Shown: positions 15,315 to 24,103, counted from the stretch's first letter. The stretch: DNA of 64,000 bases from an uncultured Desulfobulbaceae bacterium (GCA_947259115.1 CAMYKS010000005.1:410-64409); one strand, 5' to 3'. Notes: generated by a model from the sequence alone, not told the origin. A program made the numbers and translations.

Positions 15315-17183
15315 CTACGATATTTTTACCCAGAAACGGATGCGCATCCAATCAATAAGATCATGCATCCAGATCCAGATCAATTTACGGCGGGCCACAT
15401 GAATCTTTCCGTAGCCCTGCATTCCCGGCCTGAGCTTCTTTGAGTCCTGCAGGATACTGCCCTCCACAAGAAAGAAATTACTGCCCTCCCTGGTGGTTGT
15501 CACAGGTGTTATTTTTTCAACCGTAAAAGCATACGGACTGCCGGGCATGGCATTTAAAACAAGTTCTCCCTTCTGCCCAACTGCAACCTGATCAATGTCC
15601 CCCTCCGCAACTTCGAGCATGACCCTATAAGAGTCAAGCGGGGCAATCTGAAACAGGGTCTGCCCCCGCTCTATGGGAGCGCCGATGGATTGGCTCCAGT
15701 CGCCGCTGATAATTATGCCGTCAAAGGGTACGCTGATTTTGGCCCGGGCGATCTGCTCGTCCAGCAATGACACCTCGGATTCAGCCTGGCTCATCTGTTC
15801 CCGTATTATGTTGGACTCTGCGATCTCGTTCTTTGCCAGGGACTGGTTATATTCCAGGGCCAGCTGTTTTCGCTGGCTCGCCGACTTCAGACGCTTCAGC
15901 AGCAGGTCACGTGTATCCAGGCTGGCCAGAACTTGATCCTTGCTGACGATATCCCCAGCCCGGGCAGGGGCCTCATTGAGGTAACCGTCAAAAGGAGCAA
16001 TGACAGAACGCTGCACAGTGCCTTCCAGAACACTCGTTGCCGAAACCCGGTAATCGCCGCTGGCAACTGCAAAAAAAAGCAGCAGAGCGGCAAGGCAGCA
16101 GAACCCTAACTTCATAGCCGAATTTCCCGGACCGCAAAGCATGCGAAACCGCTCCGAGAGATGAAGCGCTGCTTTCCTGTAAAGGGGCAGATCATTCAAC
16201 TTTTTTGCTTTGAGGGTCGGACCGAGCAGGGCGGCAACCGCTTCACAGAGCAGAACCGTATTATTATCAAACGACTTCTCCGATATCCTTTCAAATGTAA
16301 GGGCCCCATAGCCTTCGTTGTCAACACCAAGAAAGGGGACCGTCAGAATGGACCGGGACCCGTGCATATTCTGCAGGACTCCATGGCAGCGTTGTATTGC
16401 ATCATCCTGTCCAGCAGCAGGGGGATACAGTATTGTTGTGCTCTGGTCAATGCTTTCATCCATGGCTTCCCCGATGGAACCGACCAGGTTCATTTTCCCG
16501 GCAAACTGGGCACTATGGGAAATGGCATCCACTTTGACCTGATTTTTTGCGCTGAATCCGATGCTGACACGTTCACACCCTAGACGGGTGGCAAGCTCGT
16601 TAACTGCAACTATTGCTGCGTCTTTAAACCTCTTCTCCTGGAGCACCGGAGCCATAACATCGAAAACCGTCATTAGGCGCTGTTGCAGCGTGTCGCCGGT
16701 CGCCCCCCCCTCAACACCATTGGTTTTATGTAAAAAAAGGCTCTCAAGCCATGCCGTACCCCACTGAATCTGGCCCATGGACATTTGCAGTTCCCGGTCA
16801 GAGGCTATCCGCAACTGAAAAACCACAACTCCCTGACGTTTTGTGCCGGCAGTGAACGGGCACCCGAGAAAAACAGATTTGCCTACATCTGCGCTGCAGT
16901 TTTTTATACCGGCTTCAAGCGAGGCAAAACATTTACCTTCCGACAGAACACGCAGAACAATTTCATCAAACCCGTCCAAGGGCTGGGGACTTTCCGGCCA
17001 GGAGGCGGCACGGGTGGGCCGGGAACCGGCTTTTGGGTCCAGATACACTGCAGCGCACTGGAGATCATGCATCATACTGCATTGAAGATTCAACCAGTTG
17101 CAGCAGAACTCCTCTTCCTTCCCAGAAGCATGAAGTTTTTGCCACATTGTCTTATTTGCAAATGAAAAATCGGCTGTATTCAT
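15315..17183 (-). CDS. GAF-like cytoplasmic domain(s) - TM - HlyD-family periplasmic adaptor fusion
   Basis: The N-terminal ~340 aa are soluble with GAF-like segments (my recognition, not verified). A single TM follows (LGFCCLAALLLFFAVASG). The HlyD-type adaptor comes next: VIAPFDGYLNEAPARAGDIVSKDQVLASLD, a coiled-coil, ISVPFDGIIISGDW, then a barrel. Its stop lies 7 nt from the start of the M50 fusion gene. Confidence 0.7.
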   Translation of the reverse strand: MNTADFSFANKTMWQKLHASGKEEEFCCNWLNLQCSMMHDLQCAAVYLDPKAGSRPTRAASWPESPQPLDGFDEIVLRVLSEGKCFASLEAGIKNCSADVGKSVFLGCPFTAGTKRQGVVVFQLRIASDRELQMSMGQIQWGTAWLESLFLHKTNGVEGGATGDTLQQRLMTVFDVMAPVLQEKRFKDAAIVAVNELATRLGCERVSIGFSAKNQVKVDAISHSAQFAGKMNLVGSIGEAMDESIDQSTTILYPPAAGQDDAIQRCHGVLQNMHGSRSILTVPFLGVDNEGYGALTFERISEKSFDNNTVLLCEAVAALLGPTLKAKKLNDLPLYRKAALHLSERFRMLCGPGNSAMKLGFCCLAALLLFFAVASGDYRVSATSVLEGTVQRSVIAPFDGYLNEAPARAGDIVSKDQVLASLDTRDLLLKRLKSASQRKQLALEYNQSLAKNEIAESNIIREQMSQAESEVSLLDEQIARAKISVPFDGIIISGDWSQSIGAPIERGQTLFQIAPLDSYRVMLEVAEGDIDQVAVGQKGELVLNAMPGSPYAFTVEKITPVTTTREGSNFFLVEGSILQDSKKLRPGMQGYGKIHVARRKLIWIWMHDLIDWMRIRFWVKIS

Positions 17184-17548
17184 CTTAAAAAAATTTTGCC
17201 CTGTAGGATTTTTCTATGACAGGCATAAGCAGTATTGTTGCAGGCCCAATAATTTTTTACTTCCAGTTCTGTAGATTCTGCTAGCGACACTCCCCTGGAA
17301 TCCATCCCCATATAACTTTTGGGGGAATATCACAAAGTTACAACAAAAAACAGCTTTTTGCTGCAATTCTGCAAAAACACTGCAAATTTTCTTATTTTCC
17401 CGGCACATAATATTGTCTAATCAAGCACTCATCATTAAAGAATATTCTTCATTTTTTCCATATACTCACTCCAACAGACATTTTTTTAATTTTTAATTAC
17501 ACAATTATATCAAATAGATAAATACAATTTATAGAAAAACCCTACAAA

Positions 17549-17564
17549 TGGCACACCCTTTGCT
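17549..17564 (+). promoter_or_regulatory. Sigma-54 (-24/-12) promoter
   Basis: TGGCACACCCTTTGCT matches the TGGCAC-N5-TTGCW consensus at every specified position. It lies 56 nt upstream of the ATG at 17620. Confidence 0.75.
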
Positions 17565-17619
17565 GAATACGCTATGGCAGTAGGGTTTACCTATCCAAAA
17601 CTTATAACTTAAAGAAGAG

Positions 17620-18438
17620 ATGAAAAACATGGATCTAAACAAAAAAACCATAGCAGTCTTGGGCTCATTGCTGATGAGCCTCGTTTTCGTTGTGCATGCC
17701 CACTCTGCAACTGTGCAGCGCTCAAATTTTATTGTGGCAAATCTTTCCTGCACTTCCTGCCTGGCGACTATAGAGACTGAGTTAAAAGGTATACCGGGCA
17801 CCCTGGGTATGGACGCCGACCTTCGCTCCGGCAGAGTAACCGTTGACCACCTGTCCTCTCTGGATTACGAAGAGATCGCTAAAACCATCAGCAATCTGGG
17901 CTATCCTGCCACTGCAGACTGGACTGCAACGGTCCCTGAACAGTCTACAAAGAAATTTGCCCCGCAAAGCCAATACCGCTCCGGTTGCTCCAGCGGAGGC
18001 TGCGGTAATGCAGGCGGCGACGGAGCAGGCCCGACGGCTTGGAAATCTCCCCCTGCCACCGGTACGGTCAACCGGACAACCATGCAGGTCAACAAACTTT
18101 CCTGTACGTCCTGCCTGAACAATATTGCTGCTGAACTGAGTAAACTCTCTGAAACTTATGGCATGAACGGCTATTTAAGCAGGGGAATTGTCCTGGTTGA
18201 CCATGAAGACTCACTGGAGAATAACAGGATCGCTGCAATCATCTCTGACCTCGGATATCCGGCAAGGGTTGTTTCAACCAACGAAATCCCGGCCCAAAAA
18301 GCTTTTACAAAAAACCCGCAGAGAGGTTCAGTAAAACAGCGAGGCAGGGGTTGCGGCTCCAAAGGCCCATGCAATGCAACATCAGCATCATGGCAGAAAT
18401 TATACAATCGTTACTTTACCCAGACAAATGCTAAATAG
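17620..18438 (+). CDS. Secreted protein with two HMA-like (heavy-metal-associated) domains and Cys-rich linkers
   Basis: Signal peptide MKNMDLNKKTIAVLGSLLMSLVFVVHAHSA. Two ~65-aa repeats each carry SCTSC (CxxC) at the HMA metal-loop position (VANLSCTSCLATIETELKGIPG; VNKLSCTSCLNNIAAELSKL), followed by ...GYPA. Linkers CSSGGCGNAGGDG and GRGCGSKGPCNA. Confidence 0.7.
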   Translation: MKNMDLNKKTIAVLGSLLMSLVFVVHAHSATVQRSNFIVANLSCTSCLATIETELKGIPGTLGMDADLRSGRVTVDHLSSLDYEEIAKTISNLGYPATADWTATVPEQSTKKFAPQSQYRSGCSSGGCGNAGGDGAGPTAWKSPPATGTVNRTTMQVNKLSCTSCLNNIAAELSKLSETYGMNGYLSRGIVLVDHEDSLENNRIAAIISDLGYPARVVSTNEIPAQKAFTKNPQRGSVKQRGRGCGSKGPCNATSASWQKLYNRYFTQTNAK

Positions 18439-18472
18439 ATATACAGCTCATAACCGATGGAGGTTTTTTAAG

Positions 18473-18964
18473 ATGGTAACTGTGAGAAAAAATTCATTTA
18501 AAATTACAATTTTTCTATTGTCCCTGGCAGCTTTAATTTTTAGTGGCTGTTCCAGTTCAACGGCCAGTAAAAGTGCTTTAACCGGCGGTCTCATCACACC
18601 GACCAACGGCAAGCTTGAAATCCCGGTTGCCGGTATCAGTGACGGTAAAGCCCATCATTTCCAGGTCAAGTCGGAGGACGGCTCCATGGTCACCTTTTTT
18701 GTACTCAAAAGTGCTGACGGTGTTCTCCGTGCTGCCATTGACGCCTGCGATGTCTGTTACCGCTCGGGTCTCGGATATTACCAGGAAGGGGACAAGATGG
18801 TCTGCAAGAACTGCGGTCAGAAATTTGCCTCCAACAAGATCAATGTCATCAAGGGCGGCTGTAACCCGGCCCCGCTGAACAGGGTTGTTGATGGTGACAC
18901 GTTGGTGATCCAGATGCGGGACATCAACATGAACAGCTGGTACATGAAATACCGCCAGTCTTAA
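18473..18964 (+). CDS. Lipoprotein with DUF2318-like Cys4 domain
   Basis: Start moved to MVTVRKNSFKITIFLLSLAALIFSGCSSS (lipobox FSGC, GGAGG upstream). Contains AAIDACDVCYRSGLGYYQEGDKMVCKNCGQKF...IKGGCNPAPL (CxxC...CxxC), which I recognise as the DUF2318-type pattern. Confidence 0.6.
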   Translation: MVTVRKNSFKITIFLLSLAALIFSGCSSSTASKSALTGGLITPTNGKLEIPVAGISDGKAHHFQVKSEDGSMVTFFVLKSADGVLRAAIDACDVCYRSGLGYYQEGDKMVCKNCGQKFASNKINVIKGGCNPAPLNRVVDGDTLVIQMRDINMNSWYMKYRQS

Positions 18965-19012
18965 TAGGATGCCTGAATAACAGACCGTTATAACGACATA
19001 AGGATCAGACTA

Positions 19013-19441
19013 ATGACCTACAATTTAGATAAATATAGGGATAAACGGGAAAAGGTGCTCGGGGTGAAAAAACGGGGCATCAGCTTCGGCACCATGGCCG
19101 GAATAGTCTCGCTGGTAATTATCCTTGGCTTAGGTGTTGTGGTGGTACCCAAGTCGATTGCCTACTTCAACACCAGGCACCTGGATGATGTCATTTATAA
19201 ACTGCAGAATGCCGAAAGCTGGACGCCGGAAACAATCACCGCCATCCAGCAGCTGGCAGGGGTTAAAAATGTTGAAACGGACAACAACAGCACAAGGATC
19301 ATTATTACCTTTGATAAATCAATAACCAATACCTATGACATTAACGCCTTCTTCAAACAGAGGGACATCCAGATAGTTCTGCTCAACCAGGTCGGTCATG
19401 CCCACAGGCTGCAGATCATGGAAAAAGAATCCAAGTTTTAA
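19013..19441 (+). CDS. Small membrane-anchored protein of unknown function (possible Cys-less HMA-like fold)
   Basis: One N-terminal TM (MAGIVSLVIILGLGVVVV). The C-terminal part, AGVKNVETDNNSTRIIITFDKSITNTYDINAFF, resembles a ferredoxin-like beta-alpha-beta domain without a CxxC. Packed tightly in the operon. Confidence 0.45.
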   Translation: MTYNLDKYRDKREKVLGVKKRGISFGTMAGIVSLVIILGLGVVVVPKSIAYFNTRHLDDVIYKLQNAESWTPETITAIQQLAGVKNVETDNNSTRIIITFDKSITNTYDINAFFKQRDIQIVLLNQVGHAHRLQIMEKESKF

Positions 19442-19451
19442 GGATAACACG

Positions 19452-20609
19452 ATGAAACTGCATAATATCTCATTCAATAACTTAAAGCGCCGCAAGGGCA
19501 AGATGATCTTTCTGGTCCTGGGGCTTTTTATCGGCATTGCCACCATCGTTACCCTGCTGTCGATCACCGAATCCATGAGTCGCGACATTGAAGACCGGCT
19601 TGACCAGTTCGGCGCCAACATTGTCATGGTTCCCAGAAGCGACAACCTGGCCCTCACCTACGGCGGTATCACCATGGGCGGTGTTAATTACCAGACGGTG
19701 GAGTTTTCCGAGGAGCGTATCCCTGAGATCAGGACCATAGAAAATTCCAAGAATCTTGGCCTTGTTGCAGCAAAAGTTCTCGGCGCCGCAAAGATCAAGA
19801 AAAGAGACGTGCTGCTCATGGGGGTTGAGTTTGAAACAGAATTGCAGCTGAAAAACTGGTGGCAGTTTGATGGCACACCACCGGCCGCGCCCCATGACCT
19901 GCTAATCGGCTCCCAGGCCGCGGCCACATTCGATGTGGTTGTCGGCGACAAGCTGGAAATTGGCGGCAGGGATTTTGTCGTTACTTCCATCCTGAAACCG
20001 ACCGGCACCTCGGAAGACGGCATCATCATCGGCGACCTGCATGCCTTCCAGAAGATACTGGGCAAAGAAGGCACGGTTTCGATGGTGGAAGTGCAGGCCT
20101 TCTGCCGAGACTGCCCCATAACGGAGATGGTGCTGCAGATAAGTGAGAAATTCCCTGAAGCAAAGGTGACCGGCCTGCGGCAGGCAATGATGTCGAAAAT
20201 GCAGACAGTTGAAATGTTTAAAACCTTCAGCTACGGTATTGCCATACTGGTAATTTTTATCGGTTCACTGCTGGTTTTTGTCACCATGATGGGATCTGTC
20301 AACGAACGGACCCGGGAGATCGGCATATTCCGCGCCATCGGCTTCCGCCGCGGCCATGTCATGCAGATCATCCTGCTGGAAGCCATGGTTGTGGGACTAA
20401 TAGGCGGTCTCCTCGGATACATAGGCGGTAACGGCATTGCCTGGGCGGCCTTGCCGCTGGTAGTCAAGAACGGTTCTTTTGCTGGATTAAATTATAACCT
20501 GGGAGGAGTGGCACTCCTGCTATCTGTTGCCCTAAGCCTGATTGCAAGCCTCTACCCTGCTCAGAAAGCAAGTAAGCTTGATCCAAGTGAAGCATTAAGG
20601 GCCCTGTAA
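19452..20609 (+). CDS. ABC transporter permease, FtsX/MacB type
   Basis: Start moved to MKLHNISFNNLKRRKGKMIFLVLGLFIGIATIV. Has the typical N-terminal TM, a ~230-aa periplasmic domain and a C-terminal FtsX 3-TM bundle (REIGIFRAIGFRRGHVMQIILLEAMVVGLIGG). Confidence 0.85.
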   Translation: MKLHNISFNNLKRRKGKMIFLVLGLFIGIATIVTLLSITESMSRDIEDRLDQFGANIVMVPRSDNLALTYGGITMGGVNYQTVEFSEERIPEIRTIENSKNLGLVAAKVLGAAKIKKRDVLLMGVEFETELQLKNWWQFDGTPPAAPHDLLIGSQAAATFDVVVGDKLEIGGRDFVVTSILKPTGTSEDGIIIGDLHAFQKILGKEGTVSMVEVQAFCRDCPITEMVLQISEKFPEAKVTGLRQAMMSKMQTVEMFKTFSYGIAILVIFIGSLLVFVTMMGSVNERTREIGIFRAIGFRRGHVMQIILLEAMVVGLIGGLLGYIGGNGIAWAALPLVVKNGSFAGLNYNLGGVALLLSVALSLIASLYPAQKASKLDPSEALRAL

Positions 20610-20640
20610 TGATTTTTATTCAATAAAATAGGATTGCACC

Positions 20641-21354
20641 ATGACAAACATGACCCATAATTCTGCTGTAGAAACAAACGTACAGCACCTTATTGAAATC
20701 CAGAATATCGGCAAGGACTACCAGGAAGGCGAGAGCACGGTTCAGGCCATAAGAGAGATGAGTTTTTTTATAGATGACGGTGAATTTGTCTCCATAATGG
20801 GGCAGTCAGGCTCTGGAAAATCCACCCTGCTTTCCATCCTGGGCGGGCTCAATCATCCGACCCGGGGACGAATACTTCTCGATACACTGGATATATACGA
20901 ACTCTCCAGCGAACAACGGGCTGATTTGAGAAGTGAATATATCGGGGTTATCTTTCAGTCCTTTCAGCTGATACCTTACCTGACTGTATTGGAAAACGTA
21001 AAACTGCCCATGGCGATTACCGGCAAAAAAGCCAAGGTGCAGGACAAGATGGCCCGCGATGTCCTCGACCGCGTTGGCCTGGCTAACAAGGCAGACCGGT
21101 TGCCTGACCAGCTGTCAGGCGGGGAACAGGAAAGGGTTGCCATTGCCAGGGCCATTGTCAATAAACCGCCAATTCTCCTAGCCGATGAGCCCACCGGCAG
21201 TCTGGACAGTAAGACTGCAGACGAAATCATGGCCCTGCTCAAAGAACTCAACAGTGAAGGCCAGACCATTATCATGGTTACCCACAACCCTGAAGCATGT
21301 AAACATACATCGAGAATCATTCAAGTCAGGGATGGTTCCTGTCATACGAATTAA
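20641..21354 (+). CDS. ABC transporter ATP-binding protein (MacB/LolD-like)
   Basis: Walker A GQSGSGKST, Q-loop, signature LSGGEQERVAIARA, Walker B ILLADEPTGSLD, H-loop VTHN. Confidence 0.9.
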   Translation: MTNMTHNSAVETNVQHLIEIQNIGKDYQEGESTVQAIREMSFFIDDGEFVSIMGQSGSGKSTLLSILGGLNHPTRGRILLDTLDIYELSSEQRADLRSEYIGVIFQSFQLIPYLTVLENVKLPMAITGKKAKVQDKMARDVLDRVGLANKADRLPDQLSGGEQERVAIARAIVNKPPILLADEPTGSLDSKTADEIMALLKELNSEGQTIIMVTHNPEACKHTSRIIQVRDGSCHTN

Positions 21355-21500
21355 AGTTATGATCATTCAAATATCTCTGCCCGGTGTGTGCCCTTTTCCC
21401 AACAGCCCTCCCAGGCTGAGGGGGCATCACATTCCCTCCTCTGGAGCCGGACTCCTGTTTTGACCTAGAGATTCGGCGACACACAACGCCCAAGCCCAGA

Positions 21501-21564
21501 GGGCCATTCGCTTGACAGCACGGGCAGAGATTAAATGCTGTTAAGAGGATGGCCCTCATTTTAT
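21501..21564 (+). terminator. Possible nested stem-loop / terminator downstream of the ABC operon
   Basis: GGGCCAT (21501-07) pairs with ATGGCCC (21549-55). An inner stem pairs ACAGCA (21515-20) with TGCTGT (21536-41). TCATTTTAT follows. The loop is long, so assignment as a terminator is weak. Confidence 0.3.
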
Positions 21565-21741
21565 GATACCCCCGCACCATTCCCCGGCACCACAACACCT
21601 CCTCTCCAGACAATACTAGTTTTTAGCTAGTATTGTACTATTATTCTTCTAATTTTAAATTATGGACAATGTAGGGTATTGTAGGCACAACTCCGGCACA
21701 CCTTGAGGTGTCAAGAAGCTCTTTACAAACTGGAGGCTTAT

Positions 21742-22995
21742 ATGGCTATCCCTAAAATTCTTGTTATTGATGATGAACCTGCCCTGCAAAAGGCCATTCA
21801 GAAGATCCTGAAAAATGAAAAGTATGATATTGCCTTTGCCGGCAACGGCATAGAAGGACTTGCACACCTGGAAAAAGAAAAGCCGGACCTGATATTCCTT
21901 GACCTGCGCATGCCGGGTCTTGACGGTTTCGGCTTTCTCGAAAAGATCAAGATTACTCCTGCTGACCCCTTTCATGTTGTAGTCATCACCGGCCATGGTG
22001 ATGACAAGGAAGTGCAGAGAAGCTTTGAACTGGGGGTAAACTTTTTCCTGCGCAAACCTTTGAGTCTCATTGAAGTGCGCTGCCTGACAAAACGTTGTCT
22101 TGAGATGAAGGCCAACGAAAGAGAACTGCGTGAACACCGCAACAGTTTAGAAAAACTTGTGGCTGCAAGAACTCTGGCTCTTGTAAATCAGGTCCGCTTC
22201 CAGCAGAACCTGATCGACTCCATTCCTGTGCCTGTCTATTTCAAGGATAATACCTTACTGTATCTTGGCTGCAACAAGGCTTTTGAGGATTCACTCGGGT
22301 ATGGCAGGGAAGATATTATAGGTAAAAGCGAGTATGCAATCATGAAGCGCAAACAAGCCAGAATCCACCATCACCAGGACATGCGTCTTATGGAAACGGG
22401 AGAAACCACTTCCTATGAAGTTTCTTGCCTCTACCCGGACGGCAGAGAGCATGAACTGCTTGTCTTCAAATCTCTGTTCTTTGATACGAAAGGGGCCATC
22501 GGTGGGCTTATAGGCGCCAACCTGGACATTACCGAACGGAACAGAGCCCAGGCCCGGGCGGAACAGCATGCCGAAGAACTCGAAAACACCAATACTGCTT
22601 TACGGGTTCTTCTGAAGCAGGTCAATGAAAATAAAACAGAGATGGAAAGCAAGGTTCTGGATAATTTTACCAGGCTGGTAAACCCTTATCTTGATCTGCT
22701 GGAAGAAAACCTGGCCAATACGCCCCAGCAGGAATATATCCATGTTATAAAAAAGAACATAAAAAAAATTACCTCTTCATTTTCCCTCAATCTCTCCTCA
22801 AGCTACCTTGGTTTAAGCCCCAGGGAGATACAGGTGGCAGACCTGGTACGCCAGGGAAGAGCGAACAAGGAAGCATCACGCATACTCAATATTTCCATTA
22901 ATGCGGTGGAATTTCACCGGAACAATCTGCGCAAAAAACTGGGTTTGCAGAACAAAAAGGTTAACCTGAGAACCTATCTGCTCTCCATGCAATAA
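21742..22995 (+). CDS. Response regulator REC-PAS-LuxR(HTH)
   Basis: Start moved to MAIPKILVIDDEP (GGAGG 6 nt upstream). REC: FLDLRMPGLDG...VITGHG. PAS-like: NLIDSIPVPVYFKDNTLLYLGCNKAFEDSLGY. C-terminal LSPREIQVADLVRQGRANKEASRILNISINAVEFHRNNLRKKLG. Confidence 0.85.
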   Translation: MAIPKILVIDDEPALQKAIQKILKNEKYDIAFAGNGIEGLAHLEKEKPDLIFLDLRMPGLDGFGFLEKIKITPADPFHVVVITGHGDDKEVQRSFELGVNFFLRKPLSLIEVRCLTKRCLEMKANERELREHRNSLEKLVAARTLALVNQVRFQQNLIDSIPVPVYFKDNTLLYLGCNKAFEDSLGYGREDIIGKSEYAIMKRKQARIHHHQDMRLMETGETTSYEVSCLYPDGREHELLVFKSLFFDTKGAIGGLIGANLDITERNRAQARAEQHAEELENTNTALRVLLKQVNENKTEMESKVLDNFTRLVNPYLDLLEENLANTPQQEYIHVIKKNIKKITSSFSLNLSSSYLGLSPREIQVADLVRQGRANKEASRILNISINAVEFHRNNLRKKLGLQNKKVNLRTYLLSMQ

Positions 22996-23104
22996 CTTTT
23001 TTTAAAACGAATTCTCTTTTACAGTCACTCCCTAACAAATAGTTCACGATCCCTTATTGAGATATATTCGGCTATTGATGCGAACCCTGATTGAATTAAA
23101 AAAA

Positions 23105-23128
23105 GGCAGGGCCGTTTCTGGCCCTGCC
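23105..23128. terminator. Bidirectional rho-independent terminator
   Basis: GGCAGGGCC-gtttct-GGCCCTGCC is a perfect 9-bp stem with an A-run upstream and a T-run downstream. It sits between convergent genes (22995 end on the plus strand, 23156 end on the minus strand). Confidence 0.8.
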
Positions 23129-23155
23129 AATTATATTTTTTATACAAAAAAAAAA

Positions 23156-23935
23156 TTACGCCTGGATTTTCCTTCTTCTTCTTCTAAAAGCTCCGGCAGC
23201 ACCGACCAGACCTGTTCCGAGGAGGAGCATGGAGGCAGGTTCGGGAGTAGGTGTAGGTGCCTCGCAGTCAGAATCACCAGGCAGACATATAGGATCAGGA
23301 TCATAAGGGACACTTATATAGCTGTCGCTGTCGCCTGCGTCCCCAATGCCCCCGATGTGCATACCAAGCCGCAAGTCGCCATCAGCAAGATCGCCCGCGA
23401 GAGCTGCCCAGTCATCATAAAGACCAAATTTTATTCCAAGAATGTCAGCGCCTGTATCAAGGTAATCATGCCTCCGCCCCTGAGAATCTGCAGAAAAAGT
23501 TGCTATTGCCACAAATTCAGGCGAAGCATTTTCTCCGCTGGGAAGGTTTCCGGGATTTGCCCCACCACCGGCATAATTGGTAGAACCGCCGATACTGTTT
23601 ATTGGCGCGGAAGGCCCTATGAGCGGCGCCCCATTTGCCAGGGCATCAAAATAAATTTCATGCACAGCGGCAGCATAGCCACCATCAACATCATTATTAA
23701 AGATAAAAACGACTTCATTGGCTCCAAGGCCTAAGCCGTATGGTTCATGTGCCGCATCCCACACAGTCACGTGAAGCTGAGAGGACAGGTCCTCAACATT
23801 GTTATTCGTCAGTCTTACAAAATCAATGTCAATAGAATTTGCATAGGCTATCCCTGCCAATAACATTCCTGTCAGTACAAGTGCTCCAATTCCACTTACG
23901 CTGAGTTTCAGTACGCGAAAAACCTTTTTGTTCAT
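23156..23935 (-). CDS. PEP-CTERM sorting-domain protein
   Basis: N-terminal signal peptide. The C-terminus PTPEPASMLLLGTGLVGAAGAFRRRRRKIQA has the PEP motif, a TM helix and an Arg cluster. The body was not recognised. Confidence 0.85.
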   Translation of the reverse strand: MNKKVFRVLKLSVSGIGALVLTGMLLAGIAYANSIDIDFVRLTNNNVEDLSSQLHVTVWDAAHEPYGLGLGANEVVFIFNNDVDGGYAAAVHEIYFDALANGAPLIGPSAPINSIGGSTNYAGGGANPGNLPSGENASPEFVAIATFSADSQGRRHDYLDTGADILGIKFGLYDDWAALAGDLADGDLRLGMHIGGIGDAGDSDSYISVPYDPDPICLPGDSDCEAPTPTPEPASMLLLGTGLVGAAGAFRRRRRKIQA

Positions 23936-24006
23936 TTTTTATTCCAATTTTTTAATGTATAAAAACAACTCTTCCATAAATGTATAACGTTGACTGCAAA
24001 CATAAA

Positions 24007-24022
24007 TGCAATGATCATACCA
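24007..24022 (-). promoter_or_regulatory. Sigma-54 promoter of PEP-CTERM gene 1
   Basis: The minus strand reads TGGTATGATCATTGCA (TGG-N9-TTGCA spacing correct). It lies 72-87 nt upstream of the ATG at 23935. Confidence 0.65.
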
Positions 24023-24103
24023 TTTACATAAAAAATATTTTCACTAATTCAATCAATTGTTTATGGTATTATCATGCGATATAGGAGCTCATTGGAAATT
24101 GTT

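Noticed and set aside
21683-21698. Sigma-54-like element AGGCACAACTCCGGCA upstream of the LuxR-type regulator
   Set aside because: The GG/GC spacing is right, but both the -24 (AGGCAC) and the -12 (CGGCA) elements deviate from consensus. It is too weak to call without a scoring matrix.
23057-23734. 225-aa plus-strand ORF overlapping PEP-CTERM gene 1
   Set aside because: The minus-strand product has a signal peptide and a textbook PEP-CTERM tail, plus its own promoter and terminator. The plus-strand ORF crosses the terminator hairpin and has no features.
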